Of a stretch of DNA of 64,000 nucleotides, positions 57,123 to 64,000 are shown one piece after another. The stretch's first letter is position 1. Each line of letters opens with the position of its first letter. Under the pieces are notes generated by a model. It had not been told where the DNA came from and made no database searches. It worked only from the letters and a program-made list of their open reading frames with translations. The position numbers and the translations under genes were made by a program. This DNA is from Phycisphaerae bacterium (GTDB lineage: Bacteria > Planctomycetota > Phycisphaerae > UBA1845 > Fen-1342). The stretch covers positions 5,971 through 69,970 of the forward strand of contig JAJVHV010000030.1 in assembly GCA_022072445.1 (NCBI GenBank), written 5' to 3'.

Positions 57123-58196
57123 ATGAGCACGAAATATCAGACCGGGCTGCGCGTCAGCGAATACGTACTGGAAGAATGCGTCGGCAGCGGCGCGTTCGCC
57201 GAGGTTTGGCGCGCCCGGCATCACATTTGGGAGTCCGAACAGGTCGCGGTGAAACTGCCGCTCCAGCCCGAATTCGCGCGCTATCTGCGGCGCGAGGGCG
57301 CGGTGGTCCACGGCGTGCGGCACGCCAACGTCGTGCGCGTCCTGGGGATCGACCCGTACGGCGAGATTCCGTATCTGGTCATGGAGCTGGTGCGCGGTCC
57401 GTCGCTCAAAAGCGTGATCGTCGAGCATCGCACCGGCGTGCCGGTCGACCTGGCGCTGCGCGTTTTCCGCGGCATCCTGACCGGGTTGGCGGCCGCGCAC
57501 GAAGCGAATGTGATTCACCGCGACATCAAGCCGGGCAACATCCTGCTCGATCTCAATGGCAAGCCGCTGTCGGAGCTGCGCAGCGAGCAGGTGAAGCTGG
57601 GCGACTTCGGCTTCGGGCTGGCCGACGTCGACGCCATGCAGTCGATCGCGCAGTCGGCGTCGATCAGCCGCTCCGACGCTCTGGTCGGAACGATCGCGTA
57701 CATGGCCCCGGAGCTGCGCGACGGGCACGCGGCAGCCGACGAGAAGTCCGACCTGTACGCCGTCGGGGTGGTGCTCTTTGAGCTGCTGACCGGCGAGCGG
57801 CCGGCCGGCGCCGAGCTGCCCAGCAGTGTCCGGCCGGCGATCAGCCCGGCGCTCGACGAGCTATTCAAGAAACTCTATGCGCGGCACGACCGCCGCTACG
57901 CCTCGGCCAACGCCGTGCTGCACGACCTGGACGCGCGGGTGCCCGCCCCCGACGGGGCGCCCGGCGCGCCGCACCTGCCGCCCTTGCCCGAGTCGGGCCG
58001 CCCGCGTTCGTCGCGGGCGAACTGGACGTGCGGCTCGTGCCATCGGCCGGCCGATCCGGCCGACCAGTTCTGCATCCACTGCGGGGCCCAACTGGTCGAG
58101 CGCGTGCGGCGTTGTCCGGGCTGCGATGGGTTTCCCGGCGTGGACGATCGATTCTGCATTTTTTGCGGCGCGTCGCTGCCGCCCGTGACCACGTGA
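57123..58196 (+). CDS. Ser/Thr protein kinase with C-terminal double zinc ribbon
   Basis: GSGAFAEVW, VAVK, HRDIKPGNILL, DFG, APE motifs; C-terminal CGSCHR...CIHCG...CPGCDG...CIFCG. Confidence 0.85.
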   Translation: MSTKYQTGLRVSEYVLEECVGSGAFAEVWRARHHIWESEQVAVKLPLQPEFARYLRREGAVVHGVRHANVVRVLGIDPYGEIPYLVMELVRGPSLKSVIVEHRTGVPVDLALRVFRGILTGLAAAHEANVIHRDIKPGNILLDLNGKPLSELRSEQVKLGDFGFGLADVDAMQSIAQSASISRSDALVGTIAYMAPELRDGHAAADEKSDLYAVGVVLFELLTGERPAGAELPSSVRPAISPALDELFKKLYARHDRRYASANAVLHDLDARVPAPDGAPGAPHLPPLPESGRPRSSRANWTCGSCHRPADPADQFCIHCGAQLVERVRRCPGCDGFPGVDDRFCIFCGASLPPVTT

Positions 58197-58207
58197 GGTG
58201 ACGCGCG

Positions 58208-58504
58208 ATGCACGGCCAAGGCGTCATTGTCCTCTGGGTTTTCGGCCTGCTGTTCGTCGGCGTCATCGGCATCGCCATGCTGGTGCTTGTCGCCGTTCTG
58301 CGCGCCGGCGGCAGGATTTTCCGGCACGTCGGTTTGGCCATGGGCGAGACCGGCGGCCGCGGGTCGGCCCCCTCGGGTGCCGCGGGCCGGCCGCGCTTCT
58401 GCACGCGGCGCGGCTGCCTGCATCCCAACCGCGGCGCGGCCCGCTTCTGCGCCCGCTGTGGTCAGGCGCTCGGCGGCGGGTACGATACGGAACTGTATGG
58501 ATGA
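58208..58504 (+). CDS. small membrane protein with C-terminal zinc ribbon
   Basis: TM segment VIVLWVFGLLFVGVIGIAMLVLVAVL and CTRRGCLHP...CARCG. Confidence 0.5.
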   Translation: MHGQGVIVLWVFGLLFVGVIGIAMLVLVAVLRAGGRIFRHVGLAMGETGGRGSAPSGAAGRPRFCTRRGCLHPNRGAARFCARCGQALGGGYDTELYG

Positions 58505-59969
58505 GATCGCGCGACAGCGGCAGTTTGAGGAGCAGTTCCTCCAGCAGATCCGCGCCAAGGCCGCCGGCCTGACGCGCGGCACCCTGCCCGCCGACCGCGT
58601 CGTCGTCGAAAAGGTGCCCGACGGCATCGACGGCGTGCGGGCCACGCTGAGCCGCCTGGAGGTCTTCGATCACGAGCTGCTGCACCGCATGCCGGGCACG
58701 CAGGCCTGCCAGCTCAAGTTCACACGCTCGATGCTCGGCGGCCTGATGGAGCGGACCGTCTCGCGGCTGCGGGCCGTCGTGCTCGCGCCGGTCGCCGCGC
58801 TGGCCACCGGTCAGGCGCCCGGACCGGTGACCCGCGAGGACGTGCTCAACGCGCTGGCTCGCTACGACCTGATGCCGCGCGGCATGAGACCCACCGGCGT
58901 GGTCTTCGCCGCGCCCACCGGCTTCAGCGACAGCGCCCGCTCGCTGGTGAACGGGCCCGGTTCGCCTACGGTGATTCTGATGGGCGGCCGGGCCGACGGC
59001 GGCTGGGACGTGAGCATGTCCGATGCGGTCGCGAAGAGTCCCTGGGGCAAGCTCTTCGAGCTCGAAACGCAGGACGAGCTGGTCAAGCGCCTCGCGCATC
59101 ATCTCGACGAGTCCGCCGACCTCGTCGATTCTCGCGGACTGTCGATCGAGGAGCTGAGCGAGAAACTCGGCGTGGACCGCGACAAGACCGAGACCCTGGT
59201 GCGCAAACTGGCCCGCACCGACCCGCGCATCATGACCGTCGCCCACGACGGCCGAACGCACGTGTGCCGTACACCCTTCGCCGAGGAGGGCTCTTCCATG
59301 AGTCTCTGGAGCCGAGTTCGCAGACTGCTGCGGCTGAAGCCGACCGTCGCCGAGCAGGTGCGCGAGATGACCGCGCAGCGCGTCAAGCTGGAGCAGCAGC
59401 GCTTCGAGATCGACCGCGCGGTCAACAAGCTCCAGGACGAAGAGGTGCGCATCGTCAAGAGCGGGGCCGCCGCCACCACCGACGTCGAAAAACGCCAGCT
59501 TGCCAGCAAGCTCGTGCGCCTGCGGCGCGACCTGGGCCGGCAAAAGGCCCAGGCCGACGTGCTCACCAAACAGATCGACATCATCGGCACGCACCTGCAC
59601 CATCTGACGCTGGCCGAGCGCGGGCGCCGCATGGAACTGCCCAAGGCCGAGGAGCTGACGCGCGAGGCGGCCCAGGCCGAACAGGTCATGGCCGATCTCT
59701 CGGCCAACGCCGAACTGGCCGTGGGCATCGAAGTTGGCGGCGGGGCGCAGGCCGTGTCGGATGAGGAAGCGGCGATCCTCGAAGAATTCGCGGCGGCGGC
59801 GGGGACGACGCCGGTGAAGGAAACGCCCGCGGCGGCGCCGGCGGCGGGCGAATCGGGACGGGTGGCGGATGCCGGCCGGTCAGGCCCGGTCCGCGCACCC
59901 AGCGCAGCGCCGCCGGTGCCTGGTGCGGCGGCGTCGAAGCGTGAGTCGGCGAAGCCGGAGATGGGGTAG
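58497..59969 (+). CDS. fusion protein: N-terminal domain with winged-helix-like segment + C-terminal ESCRT-III/Snf7-like coiled-coil domain
   Basis: ATG 58497 overlaps the upstream stop (ATGGATGA). The C-terminal 200 aa follow the ESCRT-III helix pattern (LWSRVRRLLRLK...QVREMTAQRVKLEQQRFEIDRAVNKLQDEE...KRQLASKLVRLRRDLGRQKAQADVLTKQIDII...) with an acidic tail. Confidence 0.55.
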   Translation: MDEIARQRQFEEQFLQQIRAKAAGLTRGTLPADRVVVEKVPDGIDGVRATLSRLEVFDHELLHRMPGTQACQLKFTRSMLGGLMERTVSRLRAVVLAPVAALATGQAPGPVTREDVLNALARYDLMPRGMRPTGVVFAAPTGFSDSARSLVNGPGSPTVILMGGRADGGWDVSMSDAVAKSPWGKLFELETQDELVKRLAHHLDESADLVDSRGLSIEELSEKLGVDRDKTETLVRKLARTDPRIMTVAHDGRTHVCRTPFAEEGSSMSLWSRVRRLLRLKPTVAEQVREMTAQRVKLEQQRFEIDRAVNKLQDEEVRIVKSGAAATTDVEKRQLASKLVRLRRDLGRQKAQADVLTKQIDIIGTHLHHLTLAERGRRMELPKAEELTREAAQAEQVMADLSANAELAVGIEVGGGAQAVSDEEAAILEEFAAAAGTTPVKETPAAAPAAGESGRVADAGRSGPVRAPSAAPPVPGAAASKRESAKPEMG

Positions 59970-59984
59970 AGGGTTTGCAGAGGC

Positions 59985-60351
59985 GATGGACATGGCAAGT
60001 GCGCTGCCCACAGAGCTGCTGTTGCGTAAGCCCGTCGGCGAAGAAACTCTGCGTGAGCTTGTTCGCCGCATCGCCCAGCTTCGTAGCGACGCTTGCATCA
60101 TTCTGTTTGGGTCGCGGGCGCGCGGGGACGCACGGCCGGGGAGCGATCTTGATCTGATGGTTATCACGCAGGCGGATCGGAGTCCGCTGGCGATCGCGGG
60201 CGATCTCTACGCGGCACTGGCGGACCGTGATTTCGGGTTAGATATCGTCGTCATGCCGCGCGACCGCGTGCGGCGGGCACGAGACGGGTTCGATCCTTTT
60301 CTGAACGAGGTGCTCGCACAAGGCAGAGTCCTGCATGGCCGACTGCATTGA
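59985..60351 (+). CDS. minimal nucleotidyltransferase (MNT, Pol-beta superfamily)
   Basis: ILFGSRARGDARPGSDLDLMV (GS...D.D). Confidence 0.8.
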
Positions 60352-60724
60352 CTTTGAAGACTGGCTGGCCAAAGCGGAGGGAGATCGAGAAGGCGCCATG
60401 CTGCTGATGCGCGAATTCAGCAAATCTATCGCCGGCCTGATTGCCTTTTTGTGTCAGCAGTCGGTGGAGAAGTACCTCAAGGCGCTCCTGGTGCGTCAAC
60501 GAGTCTCTTTTCCTCGTACGCATGACCTGGCGGCGCTTGCGGCAGGCAGCTATCCGGACATCGCTCGAATTCAGCCATCGCTCGCGCGACTTCAGCCGTA
60601 TGCGGTTAATGTGCGATACCCTGGATTTGATCCGGAGCGCCCCGAATGCGAAGAGGCGATCGGCCATCTGGAACGAGTCCGGTCACATTGCCGCGAGCTG
60701 CTCGAATTGGGTGAGTGCGAATGA
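60335..60724 (+). CDS. HEPN domain protein (partner of the MNT)
   Basis: AVEKYLKALL...R-x6-H (RVSFPRTH); overlaps the MNT 3' end. Confidence 0.8.
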   Translation: MADCIDFEDWLAKAEGDREGAMLLMREFSKSIAGLIAFLCQQSVEKYLKALLVRQRVSFPRTHDLAALAAGSYPDIARIQPSLARLQPYAVNVRYPGFDPERPECEEAIGHLERVRSHCRELLELGECE

Positions 60725-61326
60725 ACTTCTTCACCTGGCTGACGACCAAACGCAAGACGCTCGCGACGATGAGCGCCGCCGAGCTGCGCGCCCAGGAGAT
60801 GATGCTCGAGAACGAGCGCGACCGCATGCTGAAGCGCATGGAGAAGCTGGCCGGCGAGAAGCACCAGGTGATCGAGCGCGGCGCGAAGGAACGCACGCCC
60901 GAGCTGCGTAAGACCTACGCGCAGCAGTTCGACCTGCTGCACACCGAGCAGATGATGCTCAGCCGGCACCTGAACATCCGCAGCAAGGAGCTGCTGACCG
61001 TCTCGCGGCTGCGCATGCTGCGCGAGACGGCCCAGCGGGCCGGCACCGGCATGGGTGCGTTCGGCACGATTCGCGAAAAGGATCTGGCGGTGATCGAGGC
61101 CCTGATCGAGAACGACAAGGTCACCACCGACATGTACCAGGAGCGGCTCGACGCGATCCTGCAGATCGGCGCGGCGGCGGACGAGGAGGCGACCGGCCTT
61201 TCGGCGGCGGCGGGCGAGCTGCTCAAGGTCTGGAACGACATGGACGCCGGGCTGATCTCCAACACGGCCGAAGCGTTCGACGAGGCGGAGAAGCGGGTGC
61301 GTGAGAGAAACAGAGCAGCGGAGTAG
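60721..61326 (+). CDS. ESCRT-III/Snf7-like coiled-coil protein
   Basis: MNFFTWLTTKRKT...AELRAQEMMLENERDRMLKRMEKLAGEKHQVIERGAK...MLSRHLNIRSKELLTVSRLRMLRETAQ... mirrors the Snf7 helix 1-4 layout; start ATGA-coupled to the HEPN gene. Confidence 0.55.
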   Translation: MNFFTWLTTKRKTLATMSAAELRAQEMMLENERDRMLKRMEKLAGEKHQVIERGAKERTPELRKTYAQQFDLLHTEQMMLSRHLNIRSKELLTVSRLRMLRETAQRAGTGMGAFGTIREKDLAVIEALIENDKVTTDMYQERLDAILQIGAAADEEATGLSAAAGELLKVWNDMDAGLISNTAEAFDEAEKRVRERNRAAE

Positions 61327-61332
61327 CCTCAT

Positions 61333-61701
61333 ATGCAACGACGCCCGAACCAGCGCGAAAACCGCGAGGCGCTCCGCGGCCCGATTGACAATCGCGTCAT
61401 TGGACAAATCGTAGACCGCTTGTCCAAGCGGTTGCCGGACTGCTGCATTGTGCTTTTCGGCTCCCGGGCCTACGGAACGCCGACCAGCCAGAGTGACGTT
61501 GATCTGCTGGTGGTGGCCCCGTCGCAACGTGACCCGTACGTGCTCTGCGGCGAACTACATCGCGAACTCAGTCCACGGGATTTCTCCGTTGATCTACTGG
61601 TCATGACGCCCGAGACTTTTCGTCAGCGCCGCTCACGGTTTGATCCGTTTTTTGCAGAACTCACCTCAAAGGGCCGCGTCCTGCATGGTCATCTCCCCTG
61701 A
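61333..61701 (+). CDS. minimal nucleotidyltransferase (MNT)
   Basis: VLFGSRAYGTPTSQSDVDLLV. Confidence 0.8.
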   Translation: MQRRPNQRENREALRGPIDNRVIGQIVDRLSKRLPDCCIVLFGSRAYGTPTSQSDVDLLVVAPSQRDPYVLCGELHRELSPRDFSVDLLVMTPETFRQRRSRFDPFFAELTSKGRVLHGHLP

Positions 61702-62071
61702 TGCGGCGGAATGGGTCGATCGCGCCGAAGGGGACGTGCGCGCGCTTCGGAAGCTCGACCCAGTCGAGGATCGTGTCGTCGTGGCGTTTCTCGCTCAGCA
61801 GGCCGCGGAGAAGTACCTGAAGGCCACTCTGGTCAACAGCCGGATATGCTTTCCAAAACCACACGACTTGGTCGCGCTCGTCTCCCTGTGTCGGCAGATC
61901 AGTGATGAATTCGAGTCGTTGGTGGGCGCTGCCGCCGTGTTGCAGCCCTTTGCGGTGGACGTGCGATATCCCGGACCCGCCCCCGGAGAGGCCGCCGTGC
62001 GGGCGGCGATTGAGAATATGGACGTGATCCGAACCTTTTGCCGCGAGAGGCTTGCGCTGCAAGCGCCCTGA
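61685..62071 (+). CDS. HEPN domain protein
   Basis: AAEKYLKATL...R-x6-H (RICFPKPH); overlaps the MNT 3' end. Confidence 0.8.
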   Translation: MVISPDAAEWVDRAEGDVRALRKLDPVEDRVVVAFLAQQAAEKYLKATLVNSRICFPKPHDLVALVSLCRQISDEFESLVGAAAVLQPFAVDVRYPGPAPGEAAVRAAIENMDVIRTFCRERLALQAP

Positions 62072-62095
62072 ACGGCGATCACGCGGAGATGTACG

Positions 62096-62713
62096 ATGGC
62101 CCTATTCAAGTCAAAAGAAGAGCGCCGCATCGAGCAGGACATCAAGATCCGCCAGGGCATCCGCCGGATCGAGAAGTCCATCAGCGAGCAGAGCAAGTTC
62201 ACCGACGAGTTCGTGAAGAACGCCCGGCATGCGAAACAGATCGGCGACAACGGGCAGTATGTCTTCATCCGCAACTCGCTCAAGAAGACCGCCACCATCA
62301 AGAAGCTGCTCGAACGGCAGCTTCTGAGCGTCAAAAACGCGCTGCTGATCAAACGCCAGGCCGAGGCCTCGGCCGATTTCGCCAACGCCATGAGCCTGAT
62401 GGCCCGCGAAGTGGGCAAGCTCTACGGCGACACCGATCTCGTGAAGACGCAGACCGACTGGGAGAAGGCGCTGCTGCAGAGCCAGACGATGGAGGAGCGC
62501 ATGCAGATGTTCCTCGATTCGATCGAAAGCGGCGCCGCGGCCGACATCGCCGCCTCGCCGACGGCCGCCGAAGCGATCAGCGACGACGAGATCGACCGCA
62601 TGATCGCGGTTGAGGAGCAGGTGGAGAAGGCGAAGGAGACGCAGCAGATGTCGGCGCTGCGGGCGGAGCTGGCGGAGCTGAAGGGGGAGAGTAAGGATAA
62701 GGAGACGAAGTGA
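62096..62713 (+). CDS. ESCRT-III/CHMP-like coiled-coil protein
   Basis: MALFKSKEERRIEQDIKIRQGIRRIEKSISEQSKFTDEFVKNARHAKQIGDNGQYVFIRNSLKK...ANAMSLMA matches the CHMP2/Snf7 layout (MSLFGK start, basic helix 1-2, acidic C-terminus). Confidence 0.6.
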   Translation: MALFKSKEERRIEQDIKIRQGIRRIEKSISEQSKFTDEFVKNARHAKQIGDNGQYVFIRNSLKKTATIKKLLERQLLSVKNALLIKRQAEASADFANAMSLMAREVGKLYGDTDLVKTQTDWEKALLQSQTMEERMQMFLDSIESGAAADIAASPTAAEAISDDEIDRMIAVEEQVEKAKETQQMSALRAELAELKGESKDKETK

Positions 62714-62850
62714 GGGCGGGCGTCTCCATGACTCAGGGACAGCTTGAATCGTGGGATGTCGTCCGCGGGCAGGTCCCGATTCTGGAACCAGATGAAGAAA
62801 GAGGACAAGTACAACGCGATTCATGAGCCGGATGACGACACGCCAGACGA

Positions 62851-63549
62851 GTGAGAGCATTGCCGATTAAGCCGCAGAAGTGGTTAGAGATGCTTGCTGA
62901 GGACTTGGTGCGCGACATCACGTCCAACCACTCGTTGCGCAGGTACACGACAAACGCGGATCTGCTTGGGGCGTGGGCTGAAGCGTGCGTACGAAACCTG
63001 ATTGCTCGCATGGTTCATCCGCTGCGAGTCTCACGCGGTGCGATCGTTTACGAAGGCATTTGCCCGGACGAAGTCCCAGAGCTGGATGCCATCGTGTGGA
63101 CCGCCGCACCCGTGCCGGCGGTCTTCGATCTTGGCGACTTTGCAATAGTACCGCGCGGCTCGGCCGTTGCTTTTCTTGAAGTCAAGCGAAGCGCGTACAC
63201 CGGCGTAAGCGACCGGATGCGCAAGACGCTCAACGGTACTGAGTGTCTCATCACACATTGCGAGCAAGAAAAGGGAACGCGCTTGGACGGAGAGGCTCTG
63301 GGTGTCGTCTGCATGAAGAGAGAGGACCAGAAACTCGACCGCACACTCCAAAGGCTCATGGACGACCAGAAGGCTGTTCTGCTCCTTGAGGAGAAGAATG
63401 GGTCCTGGAGGGCCATGGCGAGGGACGTACTTCGGCTTGTGAACTTTCTCGCGGCGGTGCGGGTCCGTGCGTTCGTCCTTGCATCCCAGCTCGGCGTAAA
63501 CACCGAGATTCTGGCTCCGGTACTAGGTAGCGACGGGACAGCGTCATGA
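62851..63549 (+). CDS. hypothetical protein, possible PD-(D/E)xK-like nuclease fold
   Basis: D...FLEVKRS spacing (D-x13-E-V-K); weak. Confidence 0.35.
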   Translation: MRALPIKPQKWLEMLAEDLVRDITSNHSLRRYTTNADLLGAWAEACVRNLIARMVHPLRVSRGAIVYEGICPDEVPELDAIVWTAAPVPAVFDLGDFAIVPRGSAVAFLEVKRSAYTGVSDRMRKTLNGTECLITHCEQEKGTRLDGEALGVVCMKREDQKLDRTLQRLMDDQKAVLLLEEKNGSWRAMARDVLRLVNFLAAVRVRAFVLASQLGVNTEILAPVLGSDGTAS

Positions 63550-63887
63550 TCGGTATCTGCACGCCCGTTCGAGTCACCGACGAACGGATCGCCGAAGTCG
63601 TGCGCCGCCTGGTCGAGGCGTTGCATCCGCAGCGCATCTACCTCTTCGGCTCGCATGCCTACGGAACGCCTCACGCGGACAGCGACGTCGACCTCCTTGT
63701 GCTGGTTGATGACGCCGAGCTGACGCAGGACGATCATGACCAGCGCGGCTATCGCTCTCTGCGCGGGATGTTTCTACCCATCGAGCTGCACATTCGAGGT
63801 CGGCAGGCGTTCGAACGGCGCGCGGTCGCTCCTCACAGTTTCGAGAACGAGATCCTGCGAAAGGGCAAGCTGCTCTATGCCGCGTGA
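63546..63887 (+). CDS. minimal nucleotidyltransferase (MNT)
   Basis: YLFGSHAYGTPHADSDVDLLV. Confidence 0.8.
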   Translation: MIGICTPVRVTDERIAEVVRRLVEALHPQRIYLFGSHAYGTPHADSDVDLLVLVDDAELTQDDHDQRGYRSLRGMFLPIELHIRGRQAFERRAVAPHSFENEILRKGKLLYAA

Positions 63888-64000
63888 TCCCGCTCTCATA
63901 CGCGAGTGGCTGCAGAAGGCCCGAAACGACCTCGAGACCGCGCGGCGCGCGATGGCCGAGAAGCCCATTCTCGATACCGGGTGCTTTCATTGCCAGCAGG
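63877..64000 (+). CDS. HEPN domain protein, 5' part only (runs off the window)
   Basis: MPRDPALIREWLQKARNDLETARRAM...; overlaps the MNT stop. Confidence 0.6.
   Translation, partial: MPRDPALIREWLQKARNDLETARRAMAEKPILDTGCFHCQQ

Noticed and set aside
1-64000. CRISPR arrays, rRNA, tRNA genes
   Set aside because: No regularly spaced repeat-spacer structure. Intergenic space is small (mostly under 300 bp) and none of it folds as a cloverleaf or resembles rRNA. The heptamer arrays have 7-bp units without spacers, so they are not CRISPR.

Overview
High-GC (about 70%) bacterial chromosomal segment with densely packed, mostly overlapping genes. The gene content (dockerin-like repeats, large secreted proteins, Ser/Thr kinase, many MNT/HEPN pairs, TPR giants) suggests a Planctomycetota-like lineage (inference). 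Housekeeping genes recognisable by motif are CHASE2-adenylate cyclase, bcp, pyrF, cysC, three Hsp20, lepA, kdsD, rbfA-DUF503-infB, a GT4/GH57 alpha-glucan pair, an HD-GYP phosphodiesterase, metH and a class II aldolase. The accessory content falls into four groups. First, a plus-strand array at 56.6-64 kb headed by a membrane protein, a Ser/Thr kinase and a Zn-ribbon membrane protein, then three paralogous ESCRT-III/Snf7(CHMP)-like coiled-coil proteins interleaved with three MNT-HEPN pairs; the first ESCRT-III-like protein is fused to a winged-helix-like N-terminal domain. This is the most unusual feature of the window and a candidate undescribed membrane-remodelling or defence system. Second, an ATGA-coupled AAA(ABC-type) ATPase plus DUF4276/TOPRIM-like pair, a candidate defence module. 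Third, a 1.2-kb VapBC-carrying mini-island inserted into the 3' end of lepA and bounded by a 252-bp direct repeat that differs only by synonymous changes. Fourth, a heptanucleotide (TTCTGCA)n-bounded inverted-repeat mini-element inserted in frame inside metH, with a second terminal array in an intergenic region, plus several other in-frame repeat expansions of metH. No rRNA, tRNA or CRISPR array was found. Many long ORFs in the supplied track are antisense or alternate-frame artefacts of the high GC content.
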